Shown here piece by piece: positions 18,225 to 29,671 of a stretch of DNA of 45,832 nucleotides. The first letter of the stretch is position 1; every line of letters starts with the position of its first letter. A program made the position numbers and the translations under genes. The stretch covers positions 1 through 45,832 of the forward strand of contig CAWHEP010000015.1 of NCBI GenBank assembly GCA_963828525.1. The letters run 5' to 3'. Below the pieces are notes generated by a model. It had not been told where the DNA came from and ran no database searches. It worked only from the letters and a program-made list of their open reading frames with translations. The DNA is from an uncultured Verrucomicrobiae bacterium (GTDB lineage: Bacteria; Verrucomicrobiota; Verrucomicrobiia; Chthoniobacterales; Chthoniobacteraceae).

Positions 18225-19319
18225 TTAGCTGATCCGCATCGGCATCAGCACGTAAAGGAAGGGACTCTGGATTTTAATGACGCCGGGGCTCATCTCGTCA
18301 ATGAGATCAAAAAAGATCTCGTCGTTGGTGAGGTTGCGCAACGGGGCCATGAGGAAGTCGGGATTAAAGGCTATGGAGAAATCTTTGCCCTTATACTGAA
18401 CGGAAAGGGATTCGTTTGCCTCACCGACTTCCGGCGTATTCGCCATGATGCCGATGTTGTTCTTGGAGAACACGAGCTTGACGGAGTTCGACTTTTCGCT
18501 GGCTAGGAGGGAAACTCGATGCACCGAGGCGAGGAAGGTCTCGCGCTCGAGGGTGACGCGCTCGCGCATCTCGCCCGGAATGACCTGGCGGTAGTTTGGG
18601 TAGTTGCCTTCGATCAACTTGGAAACGAGGAGTGTATTACCCACCTCAAATGAAACCTGGTTCGCGCCGATAGAAAGCTTTGCGTCTCCATCATCGAGAA
18701 GCATGCGCTGAATCTCCGTGACAGCCTTTGCAGGGATGATGACCTCGGCTTCGTGGCTGCGCGGAAACTCCATCTCGATATCCACCAGCGCAAGGCGGCG
18801 TCCATCCGTGGCGACGAGGGTAAGCTTGTTGTCTTTGAATGAGCAGAGGATGCCATTCAGGACGTAGCGCGTTTCGTCGGTGGATATGGCGTAGGCGGTT
18901 TTCTTCAGCCCATCCTTCAGCTCTTTCTGGCGGATATTAAATACCTTGGCGTCCTCGAATTTTGGGAACGGAGGAAACTCTTCCTCGGGCAGACCAAGTA
19001 TCTTGAAGAAGCACGGGCCGCTGCGGATGGAAGCCTGATTCTTGGAATCGACATCGATCTGCACCTCGCTGCTCGGGAGTTCACGAATGATATTAAAGAA
19101 CCGCTTGGCGGGCAGCGTGGTGGCCCCGGGACGTTCGACCGTGGCTTCAACGGAACCCCGAACGCCCACGTCAAGATCGGTAGTCGTGAGCCGCAGTTCA
19201 GTCCCCTCCGCTTGCAAAAGGACGTTGGAAAGGATGGGAAGGGTGGTGCGCGCGCTGACGACGTTCTGCACCGTTTGCAGGCCCTGCAGGAGCTTTTCTT
19301 TGCTGACGCTGAATTTCAT
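18225..19319 (-). CDS. dnaN: DNA polymerase III beta clamp
   Basis: [50 protein letters not shown]; lies downstream of dnaA. Confidence 0.98.
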   Translation of the reverse strand: MKFSVSKEKLLQGLQTVQNVVSARTTLPILSNVLLQAEGTELRLTTTDLDVGVRGSVEATVERPGATTLPAKRFFNIIRELPSSEVQIDVDSKNQASIRSGPCFFKILGLPEEEFPPFPKFEDAKVFNIRQKELKDGLKKTAYAISTDETRYVLNGILCSFKDNKLTLVATDGRRLALVDIEMEFPRSHEAEVIIPAKAVTEIQRMLLDDGDAKLSIGANQVSFEVGNTLLVSKLIEGNYPNYRQVIPGEMRERVTLERETFLASVHRVSLLASEKSNSVKLVFSKNNIGIMANTPEVGEANESLSVQYKGKDFSIAFNPDFLMAPLRNLTNDEIFFDLIDEMSPGVIKIQSPFLYVLMPMRIS

Positions 19320-19424
19320 AGTTGGAATCCTCGCGCGCGCAAAAAGCGGACGGCGAGAATGTCGTGCATAAGCTACATCGCGATGTGAGTCAATTCGTCA
19401 TTACCCACCGCGAACCGTTTTATG

Positions 19425-20801
19425 TCACCGCTGCAACTGGCTGTCGAGCATGGATACGATGTTGCGGATTTTCTCATCCTTCTTCATCTTCTCCTTCACG
19501 GTGCGATGCGCGTGGAGCACGGTGCCGTGATCGCGCCCGCCAAACGCCTCACCGATTTCGTTGAGGGACGTTTTGGTATTTTCGCGGGAGAGATACATGG
19601 CGACCTGCCTTGGGAACGCGATGTTCGCGGGCCGCCGTTTGCTGCTCATATCCGCGAGGCGGATGTCAAAGTACTCGGCGACCTTCTTTTGAATCTGGTC
19701 GATGGTGACAGCGCGTTTGGCTTCTTCCTGGAGGATGTCTTTTAGAAGGTGCTCAATGGCTTCGAAGTTGAGCTGCCTGGAGCTGAGTGAAGCGTAGGAC
19801 GCGACACGCATAAGGGCTCCTTCCAGTCGGCGCACGTTCGCGCGAATGCGCTGGGCAAGGTATTCGATGACTTCGTTCGGGAGCTTGATCTCGAATACCT
19901 CCGCCTTTTTGCGCAGGATCGCGACGCGCGTTTCCATGTCTGGAGGCTGGAGTTCGGCAGTGAGACCCCATTCGAACCTGGAAACCAGCCGCGCCTCGAG
20001 ATTCACGATCTCGCTCGGCGGCCGGTCGCTGGAAAGCACGATCTGCTTATGCTGGTCGTACAGCGTGTTGAAGGTGTGAAAGAATTCCTCCTGGCAGCGT
20101 TCCTTGCCCGCAAGGAACTGGATGTCATCGATCAGAAGGATGTCTGCCTGACGGTAGCGTTTCCGGAACTTCACCAAGGCGCTGTTTTGGATCGCGTCTA
20201 TGAACTCGTTGGTGAAACGCTCGCTCGACACATACATAACCTTGGCATGTTTCCGAGGCGAGCCGGCGCGCTGGCCGATCGCCTGCATAAGGTGCGTCTT
20301 GCCCAAGCCCACGCCGCCATGAACGAACAGGGGGTTGTAGGTCTTCGCGGGCGCGACAGCCACGGCATGCGCCGCCGCGTACGCGTACTGGTTCGCCGAC
20401 CCGACCACGAACGAGTCGAACGTATTGCGGGGATTCATCCCGTTGGAAGATATGGACGCCGGATCGGCTGCCTCCTCCAAAGGAAATGGAACGGGCGGGG
20501 CGGGAACCGGGGCCGCGCAGTAGGCGGAAGAGGGATGATCCTGAAAGCGGAATTTCACGGCGCGAGGTCCATCGAGCGCCGCGAGGATGGCCGCTTGCAG
20601 CAGTCGCATATAATTGGTCTCGATCCAAAGCTGATAGATGTCGTTTGGAACCTGGAGGGTCAGGGTTCCAGAATCCGCGTGAACAAGCTCAATGTCGCGA
20701 AACCAACGTTGGAAGGTGTCGGCGCTTACCTCCGGCCTTAAGAAATCCGAAATCCTCTCCCACACCGACGCCAAATCATTTTCCATAAGTGACTTACTCA
20801 C
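19425..20801 (-). CDS. dnaA: Chromosomal replication initiator DnaA
   Basis: YNPLFVHGGVGLGKTHL, LLIDDIQF, QEEFFHTFN, RLVSRFEWGL, RQVAMYL, FGGRDHGTV; start is GTG 20801 or ATG 20786. Confidence 0.98.
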   Translation of the reverse strand: MSKSLMENDLASVWERISDFLRPEVSADTFQRWFRDIELVHADSGTLTLQVPNDIYQLWIETNYMRLLQAAILAALDGPRAVKFRFQDHPSSAYCAAPVPAPPVPFPLEEAADPASISSNGMNPRNTFDSFVVGSANQYAYAAAHAVAVAPAKTYNPLFVHGGVGLGKTHLMQAIGQRAGSPRKHAKVMYVSSERFTNEFIDAIQNSALVKFRKRYRQADILLIDDIQFLAGKERCQEEFFHTFNTLYDQHKQIVLSSDRPPSEIVNLEARLVSRFEWGLTAELQPPDMETRVAILRKKAEVFEIKLPNEVIEYLAQRIRANVRRLEGALMRVASYASLSSRQLNFEAIEHLLKDILQEEAKRAVTIDQIQKKVAEYFDIRLADMSSKRRPANIAFPRQVAMYLSRENTKTSLNEIGEAFGGRDHGTVLHAHRTVKEKMKKDEKIRNIVSMLDSQLQR

Positions 20802-21048
20802 ACCTATTTACCTGTGAAGTGTTACAAACGCTTGGGCAAAGCCCGCAGGGCGACTACCTGCAATAATAGAGAAAAAAGACGCGAGGAGAGTGGAACAAGC
20901 AAAACTGCCATTTTGCAATCTGCTCTTGTTCAGACACTTACGATTCCTGTCGGCGTGGAACGCCGATATATCCAGCATTGCCAATAAAAAGTTCGCCAAA
21001 CAAGTGCCGGGCGCGTGGCGGACAGCCGAAGGGTCAAAAGTTATTAAG

Positions 21049-21068
21049 TTCTTCACAAGTTATTCACA
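21049..21068 (+). promoter_or_regulatory. Tandem DnaA boxes upstream of dnaA
   Basis: TTATTCACA (21060-21068) matches TTWTNCACA; TTCTTCACA (21049-21057) has one mismatch. Both lie in the AT-richer 410-bp intergenic region. Confidence 0.6.
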
Positions 21069-21215
21069 CCGGCCCAACCCCGTGCCGCACAGCGGCGCTG
21101 AGAATACGTCCGCCTTTGTTTGCAGCAAGAAAAAATACCTCAAACGAGGCGTCTTTATTTCACGCGCTACGACGAATTTTTCTTGACGATTTGCAACCCG
21201 TTGGGGCTCATCGAC

Positions 21216-22859
21216 TCACGCTTCCCGGGCTGTGTGGGCGGCGGCGATTTGCAAACGGCTGACGGGAGTGGCGAACAGAATGGAAGAGAGGAAAGTGACG
21301 GAGCAGCCAATGAAGACATACCAGGGCCAGGCGATCCGCGGCCAGGATTCAGGAAGGAAAAAACCGAAGTTCCAAGGGACGTCGGTGAGCTTTCCGGCAA
21401 CGAGTTGCCGGGAAGAAAGACCGGGCACGTCGATCTTGCAAAGAACGAGCACAGCCGCGATGCCCAGCGCCATGGCGATAACGTTTGAGCGATCCGCGCC
21501 CCTGGTTTTCGTCAGCATGCCGACAAGAAAAACACCCAGAAGAGCGCCGTATGTGTAGCCAAGGCAGCCGATCGCGATGGGTATGATGGTGAGGGTGGCA
21601 TTCTGTAGAACGGCGCGCGCGGAGAGAGTGGCGACGATGATCATAAGCACCCCAAAGACAGCGGTGGCGATGCGAGCGGCTCGGATAGACTCGCGGTCAT
21701 CCGCGCCGGGATTGATGTAGGGCTGGTAAAAATCCCTCGTAAAGCTTGTGGCAAGGGCATTCAGGGCGGCGGAGGTGGAACCCATCATGGTGGCGAATAC
21801 CCCGGCGATGATCAGGCCGCGGAGTCCCACGGGCATTTCATGGATGATGTAGTGGGCGAAAATCTCGTTATCGGCGGCGGGGAGAGTGGGATCCGGCACT
21901 TTCTGGTAATAGACGGACAGGAGGATGCCGACTGTGAGGAAGGACGCGGCAATGGGCACGTCGGCGAGACCGCTGAGGATGAGAGAAAGCCGGGACTTCT
22001 TGTAGCTGGAAGCTGTCAGCATGCGCTGCACCATGTCCTGGTCGGTGCCATGAGTCGCCATGGTGAGGAAGGTCGAGCCAATGAAGGCGGCAAAGAGGGT
22101 GTAGGGCTCCTCAAACATCGCCTTGAGAGCGGCGCCGAACGGCAGGTGGGTATCAAAGCCGGTTTGGAAAATTCCAACCGAGGAGAATCCGCCAAGATTG
22201 CGCCCCACCTCGCCCAAGCCGCCCGGGATTTTTTTGATGAGAAGGAATATGGCAAGAAACATGGAACCGAGCATCAGCCCGGCCTGAATGACGTCCGTCC
22301 AGACGACCGCCTTGATGCCCCCGACCGCCGTGTAGAAGGTCGTCATGACGGTAATGAAGAGGATGCCCCAGAAGTAAGTCTGGAGCGTCACCGCCGCGCC
22401 TGGGTGGAGATAGCGCCAGATGACGACGAGAATCGCGCCGCCGAGATAAAGACGCACGCCGATGCCGAGCACCCGCGTCACGAGGAAAATGCCGCTGGCG
22501 GCGTTGCGGGTGAGCGCGCCGAAGCGCGCGCCCAGGAATTCGTAGACGCTTTCCACCCGGTAGCGGTAGTACGGACGGATGAAAGTGAAGGCGATAACGA
22601 TGCGCGCGAGGATGGTGCCGACTGCGAGCTGGCCGTAAACATAGCTGCGTGTCTTGAACCCCTCGGCAGGGGTGCCAAGGAATGTGGCCGCGCTCGTCTC
22701 GGCGGCAACAATGGACGCCAGCACCGCCCACCAGGGGATGGATCGCCCGCCAAGGGCGAAATCGCGAAGGCTGCTATTCCTGCGCCCGGCCCATAGCCCG
22801 AGTGACACGATGCCGAGAAAGTAGGCCAGAAGGACTATGGTATCGACAACGATGCTCAT
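21216..22859 (-). CDS. Sodium:solute symporter (SSS family)
   Basis: Many TM segments; 'DFALGGRSIPWWAV...SAATFLGTP', 'YTAVGGIKAVVWTDVIQ', 'DQDMVQRML'. Confidence 0.92.
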   Translation of the reverse strand: MSIVVDTIVLLAYFLGIVSLGLWAGRRNSSLRDFALGGRSIPWWAVLASIVAAETSAATFLGTPAEGFKTRSYVYGQLAVGTILARIVIAFTFIRPYYRYRVESVYEFLGARFGALTRNAASGIFLVTRVLGIGVRLYLGGAILVVIWRYLHPGAAVTLQTYFWGILFITVMTTFYTAVGGIKAVVWTDVIQAGLMLGSMFLAIFLLIKKIPGGLGEVGRNLGGFSSVGIFQTGFDTHLPFGAALKAMFEEPYTLFAAFIGSTFLTMATHGTDQDMVQRMLTASSYKKSRLSLILSGLADVPIAASFLTVGILLSVYYQKVPDPTLPAADNEIFAHYIIHEMPVGLRGLIIAGVFATMMGSTSAALNALATSFTRDFYQPYINPGADDRESIRAARIATAVFGVLMIIVATLSARAVLQNATLTIIPIAIGCLGYTYGALLGVFLVGMLTKTRGADRSNVIAMALGIAAVLVLCKIDVPGLSSRQLVAGKLTDVPWNFGFFLPESWPRIAWPWYVFIGCSVTFLSSILFATPVSRLQIAAAHTAREA

Positions 22860-22880
22860 CTCATGCCTTGAAACGGCTCC

Positions 22881-24183
22881 CTACAATGCGCCGGGGGTCT
22901 GGGGAGCGACATCCTTTATGAGCACCTTCGAGTTGCGCCCGCTCGCGTCTGGACTTTTCCCTGCGCCCGGGGGGCAGCTCGTCAGGGGTGGACTCCTCAA
23001 ACCCGCCATGGTGCTGAAAATAGCTGAACGCCTGAGTGGAAAGAGCAAAAATTTTGCGAAGGCCTTTTTGCGCCGCGAGGTTTTCAGCGAACGCCATCAG
23101 CCGGCGCCCATGCCCTTTGTCGCTATGGCTCTTGCTGACATAGAGACAGGCGAGTTCCGCTTTCTTCTCCTCGGGATATGTATGGAGCGCCACACATGCG
23201 ACCAGGCTGCGGTCGATCTCCAGCACCCAGTAATCCGCGATGTGCTGCACGATATCCGCGCGCGTCCTCCGCACAAGCTCCTCGCTGTCCACAGATTGGC
23301 GGATGAGGTTCATGATGCCGCGGACGTCCTTTTTGAAGATGCGCCTGATCTGCTGGTATTCGTTGGAATAAACCATTGTTCCCACCCCGTCATGGCTGAA
23401 GACTTCCGCGAGCAGGGCTTCATTGGCATCGCCATTCAACAGATGCACACGTGGCACACCCTGGCGGCAGGCGCGCGCGGCGTGCTCAATCTTTGAGGTG
23501 AGGTTTGGATTCTGGTGTGTCTTGCGTTTCTTCAGCAACTCGTCGGCTTCCGAGATGGAAAGCTGGCGGATGATTTCTCCATTTAATTCCAGCCCTTCCC
23601 GGGGGGAGAGAAAGAGGATTTTCATCGCGTGCGTGGCTTCCGCGACCTCCACCGCGATGCTGTCGGAATTCACCCGGAACGTCTTCCCCTCCCCATCAAA
23701 CCCTATGGGCGGGATGATCGGGACGATGCCCTCGTTCAGGAACAGGTGGAGGCATTTGCTGTCGATCTTCTCGACCTTGCCGGTATTCAGGTAGTCCACA
23801 CCGCCGAGTATCCCAGCAGGGTGGGCGATGATGGAGTTCGCGTACGCCGCGCGCAAATCCACGGCGGTGAGTCCCTGCATGACTTCATTCGTGACCTGCA
23901 TGGCCGCTTCGATGCTGATCTTGAGAGTAGGCTCGTCGGTTATACCGGTGCCGTCAGAATTGGTCAGCTTCACCCCGCGTTCCGCCGCGAGCTTCTCCAC
24001 CTGCAAGGCGGCGCCATGCACAATGATGACCTTGATGCTCAGCGAACGCAGCACAGCGATGTCGAGCAGGATGTTCTGAAAATTCGGGGAACCGATGATG
24101 TCCCCATCGATCGCAATGACGAAAATCTTTTCCCTGAACCGGGGAACGTACTGCAGGATGCCGCGCAGGTCCGAGACGTTCAC
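22881..24183 (-). CDS. argA: Amino-acid N-acetyltransferase (N-acetylglutamate synthase); frameshift near 22952
   Basis: AAK domain (YVPRFREKIFVIAIDG, HGA, GVPRVHLL) plus GNAT domain (AELACLYV). The conserved C-terminal GRNSKVL motif lies in the shifted frame, which ends at TAG 22881-22883. Confidence 0.9.
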
Positions 24184-24341
24184 GCGGTCACAGAAAGGAC
24201 GAAGATTTCAAGATTGTGGCGCGAGAACAAGGAAGCTGGCAGGGAAACTCTGACGCCATATGTCATCACAAACGTTTTCTATAAGGAAAATGGCTGAAAA
24301 CGCCAAACATGTTTTGACGGTTTTCGCCCTTAGTTCGGAAA

Positions 24342-27300
24342 TCAGAATGCCTTGACCATTTCGAACAGGTCCCGGAGACGCGCGTCGGGTGATTCTGCGG
24401 TAAGGCGGGGAAACTTGCCCCCGATCTGGATAAGATCGCCAGCGCGTGTGAGCATGACTTTGCTGTCGCGCACCTCGACGATGGTGATCTTCCGCAGCGC
24501 GGCGGCGAGCTTTATTTCTGTCATGAGCAACAGATTCTCCGCGGGCTTTGGCAAAGGACCAAAACGATCCCGCCAGGAGCGGCTGAGTTTCTCCATATCT
24601 TTGCGATTGATGATCTCGGCGAGGCTGCGGTAAGCCTGAATCCTCGACTTTGCCTGCTCGATGTAATCGCCGGAGAGAAAGGCGGCGGCGAGGTTCCCGC
24701 GCGAGTGGAACTCGGCCTCGTTGGTCGAGACGAAATCCAGACGCAACAAGGTTTCCAGCCGGGGTTTTACCTTTTCGCCTTTCAGTTTCGCGACTGCCTG
24801 CTTCAGGAGCTGGCAGTACAGCTCGAAGCCGATGGTGAAAATGTGGCCGCTCTGCGCGGTGCCGAGGATATTGCCAGCGCCGCGAATCTCGAGGTCGCGC
24901 ATGGCGATCTTGAAACCGGCCCCGAGCGAGGAGTACTGTTTGATCGCGTTAATCCTTTTCCGAGCCGCTCCGACGGTCATCAATTCGCGTGGCAGCATGA
25001 GATACGCGTACGCCTTGTGCTCGGCGCGACCGACGCGGCCTCTCAACTGGTAAAGATCAGCAAGGCCAAAACGATCCGCGCGATCTATGATGATGGTATT
25101 GGCGTTCGGGATGTCGAGGCCGCTCTCGATGATGGTGGTGGAGACGAGCACATCGAGCTCACCCCCCACAAATTGCCGCATGACTTCTTCGAGCCGATCC
25201 TCCTCCATCTGCCCATGCCCAATGCCGACGCGCGCGCCGGGCAGGAGCTCCAGGATTCTTGAGCGAACACGCTCGATGGTGTGAATGCGATTATGGAGGA
25301 AATAGACCTGCCCCTGGCGGTCGAGTTCCCGCCGGATCGCGTCGCGAATAACGCGTTCATCGTACCCGCAGATCACGGTCTCGATGGGAATGCGGTTGAG
25401 CGGAGGTGTCTCCAATATGGACATGTCCTTCGCTCCCATGAGCGACAGGTAAAGCGTGCGCGGGATCGGAGTGGCGGACAGGGTGAGCATGTCCACGAGA
25501 GCAAAGAGGGATTTGAACTTTTCCTTGTGGAGCACGCCGAAGCGTTGTTCTTCGTCGATGACGACGAGGCCGAGGTCCTTGAAGTGAACGTCCTTTGAAA
25601 TGAGGCGGTGCGTGCCGATGACGATGTCCACTTCACCCGAGCGCATGCCTTCCATGACCTTGCGCTGCTCGGCGGCTGTGCGGAACCGGCTGAGGGATTC
25701 CACGACGACGGGGTAGTCCGACATGCGCTCGCGAAAAGTATGCCAGTGCTGTTGCGCGAGGACGGTCGTGGGCGCGAGCAGCGCGACCTGTTTCCCGCCC
25801 ATCACGCACTTGAAAGCCGCGCGGATGGCGACTTCCGTTTTGCCAAAGCCCACATCGCCGCAGATGAGACGATCCATGGGGCGCTCGGATTCCATGTCGG
25901 CCTTTGTGGCGGCGATGGAAGTCAGTTGATCCGCTGTCTCCTTGTAGATGAAGGAACTCTCAAACTCACGCTGCCACTTTGTATCGGGCGTGAACGCGTG
26001 GCCTTTGCGAGTCTCCCGCTCCGCATGGAGCGAGAGCAACTGTGAGGCATAGTCGAAGATGGCATTCTCGGCGGACTTCTTGGCCTTTGCCCAGCGGGCG
26101 TCCCCGAGACTGCTGAGAGGCGGAGTCTTTTTGCCGACGCCCACATAGCGTGACACCATATAAGATTGCTCGAGCGGGACATAGAGTTTCGCTTCATCCG
26201 CGAACTCCAGCACGAGGACTTCCTCCGCTTCCCCCGCCGCGGCCTTGAACGTTTGCATCCCGTTATAGCGGGCGACGCCATGTTCCAGATGAACAACAAA
26301 GTCCCCCTCCCCCAACTCGCTGAAATCGATCTGCGCGCGACTGGCCTGCTCTTGCGCGCGTTTAAGCAGACGCCGCCGCGACCGGGTGTTGCGGTAGCGT
26401 CCGAACAGTTCCGAATCCGATAGCAAGGCGACACGGGCGGCCGGGAAGGTGAATCCCTTCGATATCGAGCCAACGGGATACTGGACGTAATCGCGTTCCT
26501 CTTCGGGAAGGAGATCGTGAAGGCGTTCCGCCTCCCCTTCGTTGTTGCAGTAGATAAACGTATCCCATTTCCGGGTCCGCCATTCACGAAGCTGCCGGAA
26601 AAGTTCCTCGCGCCGGGACTCCGCGATGACGAGGTCGCCCGCTTCAAACTCGCCCAAACCGTGGTCGTGAAAGGCGGTGTCGTACACCTCCGCTTTCCCG
26701 CCAGCCTGATCCGGCGCGTCTGAATCCGGGGCGTCGGCGACGCCTTCCAGGATGAGCGCTGTAGGAGTGATAAGTTCGGAGGAACTCGCGATGACGATAT
26801 CGGCGGGACGGATGTAGTCGCGCAGCAGGCAGGTCCGCGCGTCCGCGTCGCCCAGCAGAAGAGTGCATGTGTCCGAAGCGCCAACGGAGGTCTGCGTGTC
26901 GACATCGAAGGGGCGAATGGACTCGATGAGATCATCGAAAAGCTCGACGCGGACCGGGTTCAAATGCTGCCAGGAAAAGATGTCCAAAATGCCGCCGCGA
27001 ATGGCGATCTGACCGCGGCTGGATACCTGCCCAACACGCTCGTAGCCCGCTTTGCCGAGTGAGTCGACAAGCGCGTCGCGATCCAGGCGCGTGGAGACCT
27101 TCAGCTCGATGGTGGTCTGAGCAAGCGACTCTGGAGCGGCCACGTCATCATCAAGGCTCGCCGCGCATGCCACCACCATTTCGGCGTCTTTTTTAAGCAG
27201 CCGCTGCAAAACCGCGAGCCGCTCGGCGCTCACCTCCGGGTCGATCAACGCCTGGCCGGCGATGGCGGCGTCCACAGTGGGGAAGAAAAGCGCGTCCGGG

Positions 27301-27437
27301 CGCCAGTTCGCGACTTCATTATGAAAATACTCCTGGCGGCGCGCATTCTCGCAAATCACCCACACGGTCTTTTTCACTCGCCGGGCGATCACCGCCGCCA
27401 GAAAGGGACGCGCGGATTCCGTGACGTGCTCGAACAC
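24342..27437 (-). CDS. mfd: Transcription-repair coupling factor
   Basis: UvrB-like 'RGGILDIF', CarD/RID '[11 protein letters not shown]', '[18 protein letters not shown]', [16 protein letters not shown], '[12 protein letters not shown]'. The true start may be slightly upstream. Confidence 0.97.
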   Translation of the reverse strand: MFEHVTESARPFLAAVIARRVKKTVWVICENARRQEYFHNEVANWRPDALFFPTVDAAIAGQALIDPEVSAERLAVLQRLLKKDAEMVVACAASLDDDVAAPESLAQTTIELKVSTRLDRDALVDSLGKAGYERVGQVSSRGQIAIRGGILDIFSWQHLNPVRVELFDDLIESIRPFDVDTQTSVGASDTCTLLLGDADARTCLLRDYIRPADIVIASSSELITPTALILEGVADAPDSDAPDQAGGKAEVYDTAFHDHGLGEFEAGDLVIAESRREELFRQLREWRTRKWDTFIYCNNEGEAERLHDLLPEEERDYVQYPVGSISKGFTFPAARVALLSDSELFGRYRNTRSRRRLLKRAQEQASRAQIDFSELGEGDFVVHLEHGVARYNGMQTFKAAAGEAEEVLVLEFADEAKLYVPLEQSYMVSRYVGVGKKTPPLSSLGDARWAKAKKSAENAIFDYASQLLSLHAERETRKGHAFTPDTKWQREFESSFIYKETADQLTSIAATKADMESERPMDRLICGDVGFGKTEVAIRAAFKCVMGGKQVALLAPTTVLAQQHWHTFRERMSDYPVVVESLSRFRTAAEQRKVMEGMRSGEVDIVIGTHRLISKDVHFKDLGLVVIDEEQRFGVLHKEKFKSLFALVDMLTLSATPIPRTLYLSLMGAKDMSILETPPLNRIPIETVICGYDERVIRDAIRRELDRQGQVYFLHNRIHTIERVRSRILELLPGARVGIGHGQMEEDRLEEVMRQFVGGELDVLVSTTIIESGLDIPNANTIIIDRADRFGLADLYQLRGRVGRAEHKAYAYLMLPRELMTVGAARKRINAIKQYSSLGAGFKIAMRDLEIRGAGNILGTAQSGHIFTIGFELYCQLLKQAVAKLKGEKVKPRLETLLRLDFVSTNEAEFHSRGNLAAAFLSGDYIEQAKSRIQAYRSLAEIINRKDMEKLSRSWRDRFGPLPKPAENLLLMTEIKLAAALRKITIVEVRDSKVMLTRAGDLIQIGGKFPRLTAESPDARLRDLFEMVKAF

Positions 27438-27828
27438 GACGGGGCCTTTGCGGAGGCTCTTCAGCTTGCGAGAGATCGGCGCCGAATCCGCAACCGCGTC
27501 GATGGGATCGCGGAAGGCGGTCTGTGAATCAGTGGAGTGAATAGGAACGATTCGCGGCGAACCCGGCGGTATTCAAGTTTGTTCGGGATGAAAGTGGTGA
27601 ACAACTGCTCAGAATGCGCTTTGAAAACTCTCGGCAGTGTCGAGAGTTGAGGGCGAACGCGAACTCAGCGGGCGGTGGCGTATCTGCGTGGCTAGGCGAT
27701 TCGGGCGGGATAACTCGGCGGCGATCATGAAAACTCGTGCGCATGAGGATGAAGACCGGCTACAAGTTGTGCCTCGCAGATTCAAGGTTCTGCAATGAAG
27801 AGAAGTTTTTCAAAGACGGCTGGTTCCA

Positions 27829-28564
27829 CGTTCAGGAGCGGCTTTCAGCCGATCTTACGGGGAAATTCGGCGTGTCTTTTCCGGGCAGAATCCCCACAAA
27901 TAGCGCCAGTTCTTTTTGAGCTACCCGGAGATTCGCCCGACAGTGTCGGGCAAATTCATCGTGAAGAAATGCCCGACAGTGTCGGGCAAATCTGTTGTGG
28001 GCGACATGCAAGCCCTTTCAGCACGGCTGAGCCACGTTGCCGCTCGCTTCCCGCTGCCGTGGTCACACTACGTCCGCCTCCTGGGACTCCGCAGCGAAGA
28101 GGGCCGGAAGTTCTATGAAACAGAGGCGTTGCGCTGTGCCTGGTCGGCGCGGCAGCTTGACCGCCAGATTTCGACGCAGTTCTACGAGCGCACCGCGCTA
28201 TCGCGAAACAAGGCGGCGATGCTGCGAAAATCGGAAGGCGGAGGCCGGGGACGCCGTGAGTCCCGACGAAGAAATCAAAGTCATTGACCTCAAGCTCGGC
28301 CGGTTCACTCACGCCGACGCGGGGCAAATGCACCTTTACCTCAACTATGCCCGAGAGCACTGGACCAACGAGGGCGAGAATGCGCCTATTGGGCTGATTC
28401 TGTGCGCGCAGAAAGATGATGCCGTGGCCCGCTACGCGCTGGAAGGACTGCCGAACAAGGTCATTACGCGGGAATACCTCACGGCGCTGCCGAAGGAGAA
28501 GGTATTAGCTAACGAAATTGAGAAGACGCGCAGGCGCCTAGAGACCGGCACCGCCCGAGCCTGA
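27829..28564 (+). pseudogene. DUF1016/YhcG-family PD-(D/E)xK nuclease remnant (5'-truncated, frameshifted, internally deleted)
   Basis: ERLSADLTGKFG; LPWSHYVRLL...FYETEALRCAWSARQLDRQISTQFYER; then EEIK joined directly to VIDLKLGRFTHADAGQMHLYLNY...PIGLILC. Confidence 0.85.
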
Positions 28565-28597
28565 GGGCGCTGATTTCCCTCCCCGCGCTTTGCGATC

Positions 28598-29504
28598 TCA
28601 GAAGGTTCGCCCATGATCCGTCCGCAGCATTGAAAGCAATGCCTGCGCGTTTTTGATCGCGTAACCGTCCCGGTCGTTATTGAAGTAGGCCCAGACTCGC
28701 GCGGCGCCGCTTTCTTTGATCCTTGCCGCCCACCCGGCGAGTTCCTCCTGTGAGTAGTCGTGTCTATACCACTGCTTGACTCCATGGAAACGCACATAGA
28801 TGTCGTCCGCGGTTTTGATGAGGGGAGCGGGCAGACGCGGGCCGCTGCACGAGCAAAAGATTGTGCCGTTCTCGCGGAAGGCTTCGTAAACGTTGTCCCG
28901 CCACCAACTCGCATGGCGGAATTCGACTACATTCCGGCGACGCGGATCGAGTTGCGCGAGAATTCGCCGGAGGCGGGCGGGCGAGTAATGAAAGCTGGGC
29001 GGCAACTGGAAGAGAAAGCATCCCATCCGGGCTCCAAGCACATCCGCAATGAATCCAAAATCCCGGACGAGGTTCTTCGTGCCGGTGAACTGCTTCACGT
29101 GGGTGATAAGTTCGGACGCTTTGACGGTGTAGATAAAATCGCGCGCGCCCGCTTGACGCAACCAGGTCCGCACCGTGGCGGATGAAGGCCATGAATAGAA
29201 AGGCGCGTTCAGTTCCACCGTCGTGAAGCGATCCGCATAGTGGGGGAACCAGCGGCTTGTTGGCAGATCAGCTGGGTAGAAGCCGCCTTTCCAGTGCCAG
29301 TAGAACCAGCCGGAACAACCCACGTTTAACGCCGGGGCAGGCGGCGCTTCCGGCTCCAGCATGTCAATGCCGCCACGCCACGCGAGGCGTTCCGCATGCA
29401 TTGACGGCGGCGCGTCCCGCGTTCTCAGCGCGCTGCTTTGCGCGGCGGTCGGCGCGCTTCTTCCGCCGCTCTTCACGCGTCGGGATGTGGTCGTCGTCGG
29501 GCAC
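28598..29504 (-). CDS. DUF72 domain-containing protein; frameshift near 29400 in the N-terminal extension
   Basis: VGCSGWFYWHWKGGFYP, FTTVELNAPFY, FLFQLPPSF, VVEFRHASW, YVRFHG, YFNND. The upstream frame from GTG 29504 reads ...REERRKKRADRRAKQRAENAGRA. Confidence 0.88.
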
Positions 29505-29671
29505 GGGATCTAAATGGCTTTTCCAGTTGTTCCTGGTCAAAAGATACAGACGACAGGTGGAGCGGCCAGCGAGATCAACGCGGCAATGGAGAAGTTCCGA
29601 CGGGCTTTGAACCCTCCGCCCGACTCTCTTCCGATTGATTCTGGCGGAAATCGGATTCTAGTTGCGGGGAT

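Noticed and set aside
25922..26935. Long alternative-frame and antisense ORFs (e.g. 25922..26935, 21840..22796, 31197..32102, 39772..40599)
   Set aside because: Shadow ORFs expected in high-GC DNA overlapping confident genes; Arg/Ser/Pro-rich and motif-free.
27530..27828. Possible ncRNA or riboswitch upstream of mfd
   Set aside because: No recognisable conserved RNA motif or convincing stem structure by eye.
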